Positions 24,389 through 38,659 are shown, counted from the whole stretch's first letter. The stretch: DNA of 63,715 nucleotides, filler included, from Craspedostauros australis (GCA_030167865.1; 8 parts of 8 records of this genome joined end to end with filler, not necessarily neighbours in it); one strand, 5' to 3'. The notes: generated by a model from the letters alone, not told the origin. Program-made: numbers and translations.

Positions 24389-27300
24389 GTAAGCACTTGA
24401 ATGCGACCGTGAAAAGAGTGAGATCACTCACTACTACTCACAGAATCGGACGACGAAAACATATGGATCGTCCTCTACATGCTGCGTATTGGTACATATG
24501 TAAACATACTTGTGCTTACTACGAGTGTGGATGCAACATGCCGTGTCGTGTCATGTGGCAGGCCTCCGAGAATCTAGTATACTACTTGTACACTAATCGC
24601 ATACACGTAGAACTACAACAACAACAGTTCGAGAATCCGTTTCCTAGTCCATGCGGTGAAACTCACGCTCCAATCGTAGCAACTGTCGCTCAATGAGTTA
24701 GCTTGACACAGAATTGTGGTGGCGAAAACACATCAAGCTCTTCGAGATTACTTTGCTTTAAAATCGCTGCATCGACAGCGTCTCTCCTGTGCAAAACACG
24801 CCCAAATGCCAAACAAGTTTGTCAGCCAACGAGCATATGGTTGGGCACAGCATGATCCCACAAACACGCACCAAACGCATGAGGAAAACTGGATGTCAAC
24901 ATGAAATTTCACGTTGTTTCTGTCAGAACGTCGTGGTCATGCACAATCGTAGAGTACGCACATATTCACGAAGAATGAACATTTGGTAGGTACCCCGCAT
25001 CAACCCATCGTTCGCAAGGAAATACAATGGCAAATTATGCCAATGACGAAATCACACCGGCATTCTACTTGACACTGACAATGGATGATGTTGGCATGCT
25101 GCAAATTATCAGGAGGCAGGCAACGGCGGCAAACACCAGGGTAACATTCAAAGCCATGTCTTGTCTAATGCAGTGGCATATTGCGTCAATGACGAAATCA
25201 CAACAAAAGCTATTGCCTCTGAAACAGAACAGGCTTTCATGAATACTGGCGCATACACGAAACCTCTATACCCGTCGTACACCTGACCTGTCTCCTGTTT
25301 CGCTTCGTCTCTGTACCCCTTTTTTCTCACCATGGACGAGGCCTGCTTCTCAACATGAAAATTGGTTGCGTCGAAACGACGATTCTTTGACAAGCAAGGA
25401 ATTGGCAGAAGACAGACATCCAACCTTTCGCTTGTCGCATACACAAGTAACATATTGAGCTATTCTTCCTCGCAGAGAAACATACAGGAAATACAATCAG
25501 AATGGGAAAGATCAACAGGGGAATGTTGTTTGACTGAGTATGTTTGTATAACCGCAATTTCTGAGTCAGGGGAACAGGAACACGACACCGCTGATTCTGT
25601 CAATGCAGAAGTCGCATCACGGATCTTCCGACTATTTAGCAGTCGGAATATCCAATTCGAGATTCTGCGCTCACCAACGCCTGTTGACATGAGGTTTTAT
25701 ATAGATATCACGCAGTTATGACGATTTGGAAGCCTCCTAGCCTTTCTTTCTTTTGGGAACACATTGCGTCTTTCGAGATGACAACAGTACTATCCTTCTG
25801 TTTTGGCTACTGACACCAACAATTTCAAGATGCACGCACAATCTGAATCCAATGCACACTACCATTGAACAGGATTCATTGCACAACCATATCGGAATTG
25901 CTAGACGCTACATTGGTTGGAGATGACGTTTTGTATACATTGGCTACGTGAATTGCATCACCACATCGAACCAGCCCCAATTCTTTCAATAGAGCTTGTG
26001 GACTCGATTGGATCTCGATCAATATGTGGGAATGGACTCAGACGACAAGAACGTTTTGACAAACGGCCACAGCACGATGTTGCCAACGAGGGAATTGATC
26101 ATCATCGTAGAAAAGAAGCGATCGAGAACTCGGAACCTTTTTCAACGGTATCAATACTGGATGAGTGCTGCATCACCACGCCAGAAGTGAGCGAAACACA
26201 TCACTTTCGCACAGAAATCGACGACTTGTCAAGTTGTGGATAGCTTCGAGATCCAAGCAATACCATTTGTGGACCTTCTCGTCAACTTGGATGTGTGGTG
26301 TGTTTTCCATCACCTTCATGAAAGACGTGTTCCATTGATTGTTCAAGAACACAAACTAGCCAGAAAGCGACGATACTAGTCCACACGATATTGGCATGGC
26401 CAGAGACAGAGGGGTCGAAGATGTACATGACAGCATAAGAAAGGCTGAGACACGGAAGAAGGATGATCGCTGTCGGTGATCTGCCGACTTGCGAAGAATG
26501 AGAATTCGCATTGGAGCACAATGGGGAAGAAAAATGAAGGTCCTTGTCATTAAGAAATTTTGAAACTTTCACAAACGTTGTAACGTTCCAGATATGATTG
26601 AAAACAATAAAGCAAAATACTGTTCCCAGTTCCCAAGCCTGAAACGATGGCCCATGCCGTCTGCTCGATGCACCTTGTCCAGTGCTGTCAGACATGCCTA
26701 TCTCTTCACACTGTGTCAGACGAAGATGAACGTCCAAACCGCCGTGAAGGATAAGCAAAGATATCTCCATTGTTAGTTTGCCTCACATATTTCCTTTGTA
26801 TCCTTTAGCACAGTCGATATGGATGTATCTGATTTTAGGTATCTGAATTATCGAGTTTACCAGAAGAAAATGAGCCGAGAGTATCTTTTCAAGATCGTCA
26901 CTCTTGAACGAACACTGGTTTCCTTTAGCTGGAAAGAAACAACAGCAATGACAGACACAAATTACAACGGAGCGCCAGAATCTCATTCTTGTTTTTAAAC
27001 GCTGCTTGCAAGAACCTTACAATTCACTCTTTCCTTAATTCTCAAGTTTGATGACAAAATACTGAGACGAAACTGCATGCAGTGGTCCAATGACGGTCTA
27101 AGGCAACAAGAACGCCAAAATATGTCGACGACAGAAGACCTAGCAATGAATTGATATGATCGCAGGACAACTTGGAAAACACCGTTGTTCAGGGTGTACG
27201 TAGTCTTCACAGCAATCGTAGTTGCAAGCTTGGTGGCAGTTGTAAGGATCCACACAATGCGCACGCTGACTACGCGTTTCATATGAAAAGCGAGTGCAAA

Positions 27301-29165
27301 CATCATGGTCAAATCGTCTCTTTCCTTCTTTTTGCAACTGGACTTTGGCTCATTGCCAGAAAGTTCAATGTGTTCCAGGCATACTGAAACAGCCGGATTG
27401 CATACTGACTCATCTGTCAGTCTATGTACCTCGGATGGCTTGAATTTTATGTCCGCACACTGTCGCCTTTTGACTGCGATTGCAATCCTGAAGTTCACGA
27501 ATTCACACATTTTCTGATGGGCGTGACGAGCAAACGATTGAAGGTGGAGTTTTCAACAATGCAACCTATTTTCATTCGGCGTATGAAATGCTGCTCTTGA
27601 CTTCGTTCAAGTAGTCTTGGAACATTCAAACCCCAACACCCTCGCATGGTTGGAGAGCAGTCAAACTTGCACGTTTGTGACGAGCTGAAAGAGTCGCGAG
27701 GTGAGAACTGAGTTTCCTTGTTGACTTCAGGTCCTGACAGGATCACTCCACAAGCCTAATGTTGATTACCGATGAGTTGAACGTGAATTGCAAAGAAGGC
27801 TCGATTGCCTGCTTCCCTTGGCAATCCACGATGACGGAATCGAAGGATGATACCGATTGGCTTGAGCTGTCGTTGATATGACAACATAAAACTAGCCTGA
27901 GCAGGTCAAATCCGGGAATCACACCTGTAGACAGGCAAGCCTATGAAATATATTCACGTTCGCACTTGCAAGTCTGACTAACCAACACTACGACTTATGT
28001 GTAGCAGAGTCATCAAATTGATTGCTTCGACGATATGGAATTCCTTATTCCTTGGTGAGATGATGGTCGTATGCATCGTTACGTTGTGTGTTTAGCTGCA
28101 CTAGCATTGTATGATGAAATTGTAATTAACTTCCATTCGCCTACCAATGTCTCTATTGACAGGCACCTGATTCATAGTTGGCAGTAATCTTGTACCGTTT
28201 TCAATTTGGTGGAAAGCCACGCAGCTAGTTTCAAACTATGGAGCAATTTTTTGCCATCGTTTCGTTTCGACGTCTCGTTTTGCTGTCTACCATTTTTTCT
28301 GAAAGTTTGTCACACATGGGAATATACTGGAACACACAAGTATTGTACTGTCCGTCTGCATGCTAAATGTTGGTGCATTGTTTTGTTGTTGCATTCTCTA
28401 TGCTGCTATTTAATCAGCTTCGTGCTGTTCATAAAGTTTCGTTGCAGACCACATCACCTGTGATTGGATGTTCCGTAGGAATCACATCATTGAAGGCAAA
28501 GAGTCTTCCACAAGAGCATGTCTCTAGGCAGGTGGGTTGGCGTAGTTTTTTAGATATGACTTCACCTAAGTTACCTTTGCGGTGCTTAACAAACCAGTTT
28601 GTGTTGATGTTGTTTTCTGTCAGTGGTTCGGCCTTTTTTCTCATTAGTTCGCAGACCACAATACGTGTTGAAGTAACGAATCATCCGGAAATGAGGTTAC
28701 AGATCCGCGAACATATTCATCATCTTCTCCTTTCAATTTATCGATGAGACGTTCCAGAGTAACAGATCGTCGAGTAGATAGACATTCAAATCGCTCTATC
28801 GCGGTCGACCCCACTTCCCTCCACCGCCGAGTCGCCGATACGCTCGCGTCGGCAACCACACAGTGTGACAATTCTCACAGAGAAATATGTCCTTGCGCAT
28901 CAGCGGCACACCAGCGCAACAGACGATCATGAGTGCTCGCAGTCATCGACTTAATCATACTCAACTCTATTGTCCAGTTATGGTATGGTGTGGTGCTTAG
29001 AGTAGCTCTTGGCTGATTTGATTTCAGTTCCATCATGCCCACTGTTTGAATATGTATCCTTTCATCTATAATATTTGTAGAGAGTATACACGATTATACT
29101 TTGGAGGACTCTGCTCTGCATNNNNNNNNNNNNNNNNNNNNNNNNNNNNNNNNNNNNNNNNNNNN

Positions 29166-29177
29166 TTAATTAATTAA
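29166..29177. other. Artificial scaffold linker TTAATTAATTAA within N runs (also 33510-33521, 39241-39252, 42148-42159, 44545-44556, 59173-59184, 61490-61501)
   Basis: Identical palindromic 12-mer with stops in all six frames, each time embedded in similar-length N runs. Confidence 0.97.
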
Positions 29178-29221
29178 NNNNNNNNNNNNNNNNNNNNNNN
29201 NNNNNNNNNNNNNNNNNNNNN

Positions 29222-32200
29222 GATCCACTTTGCTCTGTCGAAATCCCAGCTTGAGTAGAATGTCGACCAGCTTTTTGTTCCATTGTCTGGCGCTCTGCAC
29301 TAATCTGTAGATGGTCTTCTTGAGCAGCAAGCATTCGTCGGCTTCATGCCTCATCCCCTTCGGGCATTGCATGTAGATCTCTTTGTCGAGTTCTCCATGC
29401 AAGAATGCTGTCTCGAAGTCGATGATTATACTATCCATGTGCAGCAGCATCTTCATAGTGAGCATGATGNNNNNNNNNNNNNNNNNNNNNNNNNNNNNNN
29501 NNNNNNNNNNNNNNNNNNNGTAGGTTGCATCATGAATCACTGGTGCGTGGTGTGCTGAGAAGTCCACTCCTGCGATCTGTGAGTAGCCGCAGGCAACGAG
29601 TCTGGCCCGGAAGACTCCGTTCCTCTTCTCCTTGAAAACCCACTTGGTCTTCACGCATCGCCGATCTCTTGGCATTCGGTTCCTCTTGATCTTCTTCCAT
29701 ACTCCTCTTCTGGTCATATCGTTGAACTCCTTATTGATGGCCTCTCTCCACTTCTTTCTCTTCTCGGGATCCGCATGGTCCCAGCATTCTTCGAAAGTGG
29801 TAGGGTCTAGCATCATAGCTACGCTTGCTTGCTCGGGTCTAGCTCGATCATTCGTTACTTGGCTCGCAGCGATGAAGTCATCCAGCCTCATCTTTCCATG
29901 AGTGGTGTCTATCATCATGCCTGCGACGTCTCTATTGAACATCGACTCGTCTGTGTGGAAGCTGGGTCCCCCTGTCGCCGTTGTCTCGGCTTCTATCTCT
30001 TGAGCCGTTTCTAGCTTCTCATCGTCGGATTCGGAGGTCTCGCTAGATCTGTAGTCTCTGTCCTCCTTAGGGACGGGCGAGTTGTTGTACCCTGCGAGAT
30101 CTCTGACCATCCTTGGTACGTACGCAACAGGTGTTGCGACTGGAGTCGAGGGCGGTTCTTCTTCTACCGTTCTTTCCTCACTCCTTTCATCCTCGTCCCT
30201 TCCGGATTCATCGCCAACATCTTCGTCTGGTTCCTGATCCTCTTGGACGGGTAGCAGGTCGTCCTGCTCTAGCACGGCATCTTCTGAATCTCTTTGTTCT
30301 CCCAATCTGCTGCGCTGCTCATCGTCATCGGTCTCTATATCATTCATGCTATCCGATTGACGAAGCCAAGTCACGCCTCTCTCTGGAGACGACTCCCTTG
30401 ATGAGGAGTCGTCGTCTGTGTTCATCACTCTGGATCTGTTGGCATCCTTGATACCCTTGAACTCTCCATACAACTTATTCAACCATGTCACGTCCCGAGT
30501 CATAAGGATTCTTGAGGTGGCAAGGTTCATCATCCGGTACACTCCTTTCGCGTGCGACTCTCCGTATCCCACGAACATGGCAGGTTTGGAGCGGTCGTCT
30601 AGTTTGGCCTTGATAGTCTGTCCACCGATGTGTACCATCCCCATCTCACCGAACACACGCAGGTCATTTGCATACTTCGGGATTTTTCCNNNNNNNNNNN
30701 NNNNNNNNNNNTCCCTTGACTTCGTGCCAATGATGTTCTCCAGCTGCGTTGCCGTGTGAGCAGCCTCTGCCCACAGCTTCCCTCGCGTTGTTTTTGGTAG
30801 ATGGGTTTGGTTCAGCATGGCGCGTACTTTTCCGTAGAGTGTCGCGAATTTCCTTTCGACGCGACCGTTCTGTTGGGGAGTCGATGCCGCAGTGTACTCG
30901 AAGGTTGGGGCGAATCCNNNNNNNNNNNNNNNNNNNNNNNNNNNNNNNNNNNNNNNNNNNNNNNNNNNNNNNNNNNNNNNNNNNNNNNNNNNNNNNNNNN
31001 NNNNGAGCCATTGGAACAACAAAAGCATCTTCGACCCCACGTCGCTTTTCTCTGTGATGAAGTAACTCCAGCAGTAGTCACTGTAATCGTCGATCACAAG
31101 AAGCCAGTATTTGCCCCTTCTCAGGCTGTGTGTCTGAACGCTTGATGTGTCCATGAACAGTCGATCCCCGACTCCTTTCGTTCGTTGTTGAGTCGCTTTC
31201 GACATCGGTCTCTGTCGCGATTTCCCAATCGCACAGTCAACACANNNNNNNNNNNNNNNNNNNNNNNNNNNNNNNNNNNNNNNNNNNNNNNNNNGTTTTC
31301 CTGTCACGTTCCAGCCGTACCTCCCTGCTGTTCGAGAGATGGTGTACGCGTCAACGTGGCCTAACTTTTTATGGATTGCGTTGATGTCGACAGGTGCGTC
31401 GGTTGACACGCCAACATGAGCTTGGTCGTCCGTCTTGGAGTTGCTCACCATGGTCACTCCGCAAACGAAACCGCTATGAGTCGCCATGATGCGGTCAAAG
31501 GTGATGCAGGCCTTGCCTTTCTTCAGGGTCATGATGACGCCGAGGTTGCTGATGTTGAATCCGCTTTCGAGAGCCTTGTTGATGCTCAGTAGATTAACCC
31601 ACAACTTGGGCACGTACTTCACCGACTTGAGCACCACGTTGTANNNNNNNNNNNNNNNNNNNNNNNNNNNNNNNNNNNNNNNNNNNACCTTGGTCACCTT
31701 GAGGAAGCGTCCGCTCCCGATCTTCACATTCTGATCGGAGACGCGAATGTTGGTCATACCTTCGTCGCTGTTGGTGAGATGGCAGGATGCGCCCGAATCG
31801 CCCAACCAGGTGTTGGCCTCGTGGTTGTCCGGTGCGACGGAGGAGCGCCTTGCGCTGACGTTGTCGGTGTTGCCGACCACCATTGCCACCTCGTGTTGTT
31901 CTGCGCGTTCGGAGTAGATTGGCAGCACCCAGTGCTCCGGACTTGGGTTTCGGACTCCGCCGTCACCTGGATGGTAGGTCCAAACGATGGAGTTCGCGGC
32001 ATGGTGTGTCATGCGCGAAATCAGATCACTGGGGAAGGGGTCGAAGCGACGGGATTCCAAGCTGTTGTTGATGTTGCATGGGTTGCGGCACACTCCCAGT
32101 GTGGTGTGCATCCCGATCTCGTGCAATTTGAAATACACCGTGCGTGGCTCGATCAGTGGAGTGCGGTCCCCATTGTGGGTGGCCACAGCGTCGTAGCATA

Positions 32201-33465
32201 GTAAGGCGAGCTCACTTCGCACATCATCCGCTTTGAGCACGTTGCTGAGCGATGCTCGAACCGCATTGCGGAGGGAGCCAGCTCTCTCGAGTCTGGTGCG
32301 TCGCTCCGCGCGCTCTTCGTCGTTGGTTGGCACATTGCCACGCGGCTCATTGTGGAGCTGGATGAAGAAAGGAACTTGGGGGCATTCCANNNNNNNNNNN
32401 NNNNNNNNNNNNNNNNNNNNNNNNNNNNNNNNNNNNNNNNNNNNNNNNNNNNNNNNNNNNGAGTTCCCGATCATGCGGTCCACACGAGAGAGCTCTGGGG
32501 CGAAGTTGAAGATAGGGCGACGTGCCGCTTCTCCTCGGTTGGCATCGCCCATGTCGTCATCCACGTCCTCGGTGTCGGTGGCCCCTTCGTTGGTGAGGCT
32601 TGCGTCGTAGCAGGATTCTTGTCCTTGGTTGGAGTTGCTCATCTTGTTGTTGACGTTGTGTGGTCTCAAGGAAACAATGGGAGATGTGTCAGTCTGTTCG
32701 ACGATGGCTGCAAAGGCGACGTCCTCCATTACATTGGAGTCAGCTTGGTAGTTGCTGTTGTTGTCGCGTGTTTTCGCATCGCCTGTGTTCATAGACAAGT
32801 TGGTCACATTTTCCAATTCGTTCGTGTTTCCCGAGGTGGGCACACAAATCAATTCGTCTGTCATCACAAGAGCTACGTCGTCATTTCCCTCCATCCCATC
32901 AGTTGCCACATTAGCTGAGTCTGCCTCTTTCATGGCTGCCTTCAGCTTGAAGCACTGTAGGATCTTGTGTCCCTTCTTACCGCAGTACTTACACTCCCCG
33001 TTGAACCTCGGCTTACTGTTGTTGTCTCCTTGGCCACTCTTCTTGTTCTTGCCGTTGTCTTTCTTGGGGGCGGAGCGGCAATCTGCCTTCTTGTGGCCGT
33101 AGGCTCCACAGTTGCGGCAGTGACCTTTGAAGCCTCCTACTGCAGCGAATGCAGTCTCTTCCCTGTCATTGTTGCTCTCACGTCTGTTGCTCCCAAGCTT
33201 GAGGTGTCGGCCATTGTAGGTGGCGCTGACAGCCTCGCGGATGTCTTCGAGGGTCATGGTGTCTTCCATACCGTCGAATTTGAGCTCCAAGAGCTTCACG
33301 TCCGTCTCGTATTCCCTTCCGAGGGCGTTGAGTACGAGCATGTGGTACTGTTTCATATCTATCTTGATACCAGTACTACCGAGGCGATTACGCAGCACTT
33401 CCATCTCGGTCAGGAACGTGTCTGGGTGCTCGCCTTTCTTCAACCGCATCCCGTTGAGTTGAGCC
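29222..33465 (-). mobile_element. Ty1/copia LTR retrotransposon gag-pol (partial, no stop seen in the sequenced parts)
   Basis: Two CCHC knuckles (CRNCGAYGHKKADC, CKYCGKKGHKILQC), protease WLGDSGASCH, pre-integrase HKKLGH, integrase TPQQNGRVER and LWAEA, RT TKWVFKEK..G.FRARLVACGYSQ and DFETAFLHG, in PR-INT-RT order. Confidence 0.95.
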
Positions 33466-33565
33466 NNNNNNNNNNNNNNNNNNNNNNNNNNNNNNNNNNN
33501 NNNNNNNNNTTAATTAATTAANNNNNNNNNNNNNNNNNNNNNNNNNNNNNNNNNNNNNNNNNNNN

Positions 33566-33652
33566 CCAAGTGCGTATGAGAGAATAGCGGGTGAACGATG
33601 CACATATACACGTACATCTTGATATATACTCACATGTACATCTCGACACGCA
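33566..33652 (+). repeat. Dispersed repeat end shared with 57677-57760
   Basis: GAGAATA.C.GGTGAACGATGCAC.....CACGTAC...CACATGTACATCTCGACAC is found on two different scaffolds. Confidence 0.75.
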
Positions 33653-33954
33653 TCCATCTGTTCTGTCCGCAGCAATGGTCTGACCAAGGTCCCCACAATC
33701 ACCATGACAGGCACCTGCGTACCTGCATGACATACAGCAACTACACTGTCCTGCGTTCCTCACATCGCAAGGTCACAGTATATCATTATCCAGGCACCAA
33801 CCTGTCGTTGATGTCTGTCGCCAACACCAAGTGACATGCGCCAGCATTCCTTGCTACTTCCAGTCCTCCAAGCAACTCAGAACTTCTCAACATCAACAAT
33901 GTCCNNNNNNNNNNNNNNNNNNNNNNNNNNNNNNNNNNNNNNNNNNNNNNNNNN

Positions 33955-36900
33955 AGGTTCACGAAGATCCCAAGCTTGCCAAGCTGAGGCCCGATCCTCT
34001 CCAAGACAACAACACACTGGTCCGTGATCAGTTGGCAACACAACCTGTTGGTGCGTCTGACGCACAAGGACAGCTACTCCGGTGGCATCATCACTTGGGA
34101 CACCTACCCTTCCGTGTCTTGCGCAACATGGCGTCACACAGCATCATACCACGACACTTGGCCAAGGCCAAGTTCCCTCTCTGCTCTGGGTGCATCTATG
34201 GCAAAGCTGTCTGTCGGTGCAAGCCAAACCATATCATGCACGTTGTCAAACGAGCGCGATTCCCAGGGCATATAGTGTCAGTCGACCAGATTTTCTCCTG
34301 CCAGCCTGGGGTACTTCCGCAGCAAAACGGCACGCACACCTGGTCGCGATACACATGCGTGACAGTATTTGTTGATCAGTACCTTGGTATTGACTACGTT
34401 CACTTGCAGCTCGCCCAGTCTGGTGCTAACACACTGCAAGCCAATCAGGATTTCGAGTGCTATGCTCATTCCTTCGGTGTCTGCATACACCACTACCACC
34501 CCAACAAAGACAGATTCGCTGAGCAGCTGTTCCGCACGGCTGTCGCAGCAGCCAATCAAACCATCACATTCTGTGGAGTCAATGCTCACCATCAGAATGG
34601 CGTTGCCGAGCGACGCATCTGCAACCTCCAAGAGTCCACTTGCTCGATACTCTTGCTTGCGCAGCACCATTGTCCTGATGCCATTCATCCGTCTCTATGG
34701 CCGTATACTCCGCACTACACCTCCAAGATCCAAAGGAATGCTGCTCGAGAGGGAGGTATATTGCCACTCCAGCGATTCGCGCAGATCAAGATCTGACCCT
34801 CAATGCAACACTTTCACACATTTGGATGCCCTGTATACATCCTCAAGGCCGCACTGCAACAGGGATCCCAGGTTCCCAAGTGGAGCAGCCAAGCCAACAT
34901 TGCCATATTCCTTGGCATGTCAGCTGAACATGCGAGCTGCGTACCTATCGTTCTCAAGATCGACACAGGGTACATATCGCCACAGTTCCATCTGAACTTC
35001 GATGACAGGTTCCAAACGGTCAAGACCAACCCACTAATGCGTCCTGGCGCATCACAGTGGCAGCGTCTCACACACATCGACGAACCAGCCAAGCCGTCGC
35101 AGCAGATGCGCTCCGAATGCATCACACGTGCTGTTCAGCACCAGCTTTCCGCAAGCACATGTCCTCCAGGGACCACACACACTGCACCTGACGCCAAGCC
35201 ATTCCAACTTGACATGCAGCACAAGTTGCACAACCTTCCGAGGTTCAGCCTTCCAAGGCACAGTGTTCCAAGACAACCAGCAAGCTCACCTTCAGAGGGA
35301 GCTATGCCATCGCCACACAGAACGCATCACGATCCGCTCCATCCGCAACAGAATGTGCAGAGACCAACCAGCCTACNCTCCAACTCCAATCCTACCACAC
35401 ATACACTGCTCAATNCTTCCACNCATCTGACGTCCTCAACATGAACTCGGGCGATCTGCACCCCATGTCATTCGCAGCAACACTTGCAGACGATGACACT
35501 ATGTACTGGGGGAAAATGCAGAAGCAGCCTCACCGCGACAAATTCATCAGGGCAATGCACAAGGAAATCGAAGACCACCAATCCAGACAGCATTGAGAGG
35601 TCGTCCAACGCAATCATGTGCCAAAAGGGCACAAGATCCTGAAAGCCGTCTGGTCATTCAAACGCAAACGCAGACTTGCAACCGGCGAAATCTACAAGTG
35701 GNNNNNNNNNNNNNNNNNNNNNNNNNNNNNNNNNNNNNNNNNNNNNNNNNNCCAACTCCAATCCTACCACACATACACTGCTCAATCCTTCCACGCATCT
35801 GACGTCCTCAACATGAACTCGGGCGATCTGCACCCCATGTCATTCGCAGCAACACTTGCAGACGATGACACTATGTACTGGGGGAAAATGCAGAAGCAGC
35901 CTCACCGCGACAAATTCATCAGGGCAATGCACAAGGAAATCGAAGACCACCAATCCAGACAGCATTGAGAGGTCGTCCAACGCAATCATGTGCCAAAAGG
36001 GCACAAGATCCTGAAAGCCGTCTGGTCATTCAAACGCAAACGCAGACTTGCAACCGGCGAAATCTACAAGTGGAAAGCACGGCTATGCGTGCATGGAGGA
36101 GAGCAACAACATGGTGTCAACTACTGGGAAACATTCGCACCTGTTGTACAATGGTCCACCATCCAGATATTCCTCACCATGGCCATCAAACAGCACTGGA
36201 ACACTCTCTAAATCGACTTCGTTCTGGCGTTCCCACAAGCGGATGTGGAATGTGACATCTTCATGCAAACACCTCAGGGGTGCAATGTGGACGGAGACAA
36301 CAGGTCTCACGTTCTCCAACTCAAGAAGAATTTGTCTGGCACCAAGCAGGCAGCATTGGTATGGCATCGGCATGTGGTTGACAGCCTGATGCAGCATGGA
36401 TTCCAGCAAAGCCAAGTCGATGAATGCCTTCTCTACAAGGACAACACATCCATTCTGCTGTACGTTGATGACACCATCATCATTGGCCCACGCAAACACA
36501 AGATCGATGACATCATCGAGTGCCTCAAGGCACGGTTCACACTAACCGATGAAGGCAACATGAATGAGTATCTGGGCGTTCACATCCAACGTACTGATGA
36601 CACCATCACACTCACACAACCGCAACTCATAGATNNNNNNNNNNNNNNNNNNNNNNNNNNNNNNNNNNNNNNNNNNNNNNNNNNAAAGGGCACAAGATCC
36701 TGAAAGCCGTCTGGTCATTCAAATGCAAACGCAGACTTGCAACCGGCGAAATCTACAAGTGGAAAGCATGGCTATGCGTGCATGGAGGAGAGCAACAAGA
36801 TGGTGTCAACTACTGGGAAACATTCGCACCTGTTGTGCAATGGTCCACCATCCAGACATTCCTCACCATGGCCATCAAACAGCACTGGCACACTTGCCAA

Positions 36901-38140
36901 ATCGACTTCGTTCTGACGTTCCCACAAGCGAATGTGGAATGCGACATCTTCATGCAAGTACCTCAGGGGTGCAACGTGGACGGAGACAGCAGGTCTCACG
37001 TTGTCAAGCTCAAGAATACTCTGTACAGCACCAAGCAAGCAGCATTGGTATGGCATCGGCATGTGGTTGACAGCCTGATGCAGCATGGGTTCCAGCAAAG
37101 CCAAGTCGATGAATGCCTTCTCTGCAAGGGCAACACATCCATTCTGCTGTACGTTGACGACACCATCATCATTGGCCCACGCAAACACAAGATCGATGAC
37201 ATCATCAAGCGCCTCAAGGCATGGTTCACACAAACTGACGAAGGCAACATGACTGAGTATCTGGGCGTTCACATCCAACGTACTGATGACACCATCACAC
37301 TCACACAACCGCAACTCATAGATCGAATCATACGAGCAGCCAAGATCGATCCTGACTCACCAGGACAAACCTATTCGACGCCAGCCGTCAAACTGCTCCT
37401 ATACAAGGACACTGGTGGTCCTGCTGCCACTTGGCGATTCGAATATCGGTCAGATATGGGGATGCTCAACTTCCTCACATGATCGACGAGGCCTGACATC
37501 TGCTTCACAGTCCATCAATGCGCACACTTCATGGCTCATCCAATGAAGTCACACGAAGATGCCATCGAATGGATTGTACAATACCTCACTCACACATGGG
37601 ATATGGGACTCCGCATCTCACCTACCCGATGACTCCATTCACTGCTATGCTGATGCAGACTTCGCAGGAGGCTTCACACAAGCCAACAACGACCCCAACA
37701 TGGCAAAAAATCGTACCGGATACGTCGTCCTGTATGCAGGATTCCCCATCATATGGAACTCCAAGCTGCAAACAGAAGTCACACTCAGCACCACAGAAGC
37801 CAAGTACGTGGCTCTCAGCCAAGCTCTATGAGAGGTTATACCCATCATACACCTCATCAACAAAATGAAGCAGCACATATCATCATTCGACACTTCTCCA
37901 ACAGTTCACTGCACAGCATTTGAGGACAACTCCGGTGCCCTCGAACTTGCAAATGCACCCAGAATGCGTCCTCATACCAAACACATCAATGCCAAATACC
38001 ATCACTTCCATGAAGCTGTCAGCCAAAGGCTCATCACCATCGAAAAGGTCGACACGTTGGACCAGATGGCTGATATATTCACCAAGCCCTTGGCACGTCC
38101 ACTATTCGAATCTCTGCAATTGCGACTATTGGGATGGTAA
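33955..38140 (+). mobile_element. Degenerate CoDi-type Ty1/copia pol (integrase, RT, RNase H) with stops/frameshifts and internal duplications
   Basis: LLRWHHHLGHLPF, PGHIVSVDQ, AHHQNGVAER, FGCPVY, AVWSFKRKR, WKARLCVHGG, LYVDD, YADADFAG, STTEAKY, EDNSGA, DQMADIFTKPL. Confidence 0.93.
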
Positions 38141-38164
38141 GCGCGGTCCGCTCGTGCCACCGAC

Positions 38165-38175
38165 AAGAGGGAGTG
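38165..38175 (+). other. Polypurine tract and probable start (TG) of the 3' LTR of the copia element
   Basis: AAGAGGGAG|TG about 25 nt after the RNase H stop codon. Confidence 0.65.
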
Positions 38176-38659
38176 TGCAGATTAAGTGCCAATTCACGAA
38201 TCTGGCCGAATCCGAACGATGATTGTCAATGGACAGACGATACCACACAAACCACGAGTAGGATCCACACTGAGCAAATGATCGCCCTGCACGGACATAA
38301 TTTTCAGAACAGATAGGTTTCACCCCATCTCCCACACCTCCGGTCACGTGAAAAACCTGCACAAAGATTTGATCGTGCAGAAATATTTGCATATGAGAAG
38401 ACACTTCTTCAACCACTGACCTCCAACCAAAACGAGAAACCTAATAGAGAATGGCTTGGGTTTGGGAGAAGTGCAAACCAAATCATCTCGAAATGCATGA
38501 ATACGATCAACCAAGAGGTACAGACAGCAGAAGAGAGAGATAGCTCAAGCAATCATAATTTGGTCTTACATCCACAACAACAACATCCATCATCATTAGC
38601 AAAACAACATCAATTGTATGAACATCAATCGTCCGCCAGCATAAGGCAACAAGACAATG

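Noticed and set aside
36685..37323. Second RT segment suggesting a double-RT element
   Set aside because: It follows a gap and is a slightly diverged copy of ~35996-36634; more likely another family copy or allele scaffolded in
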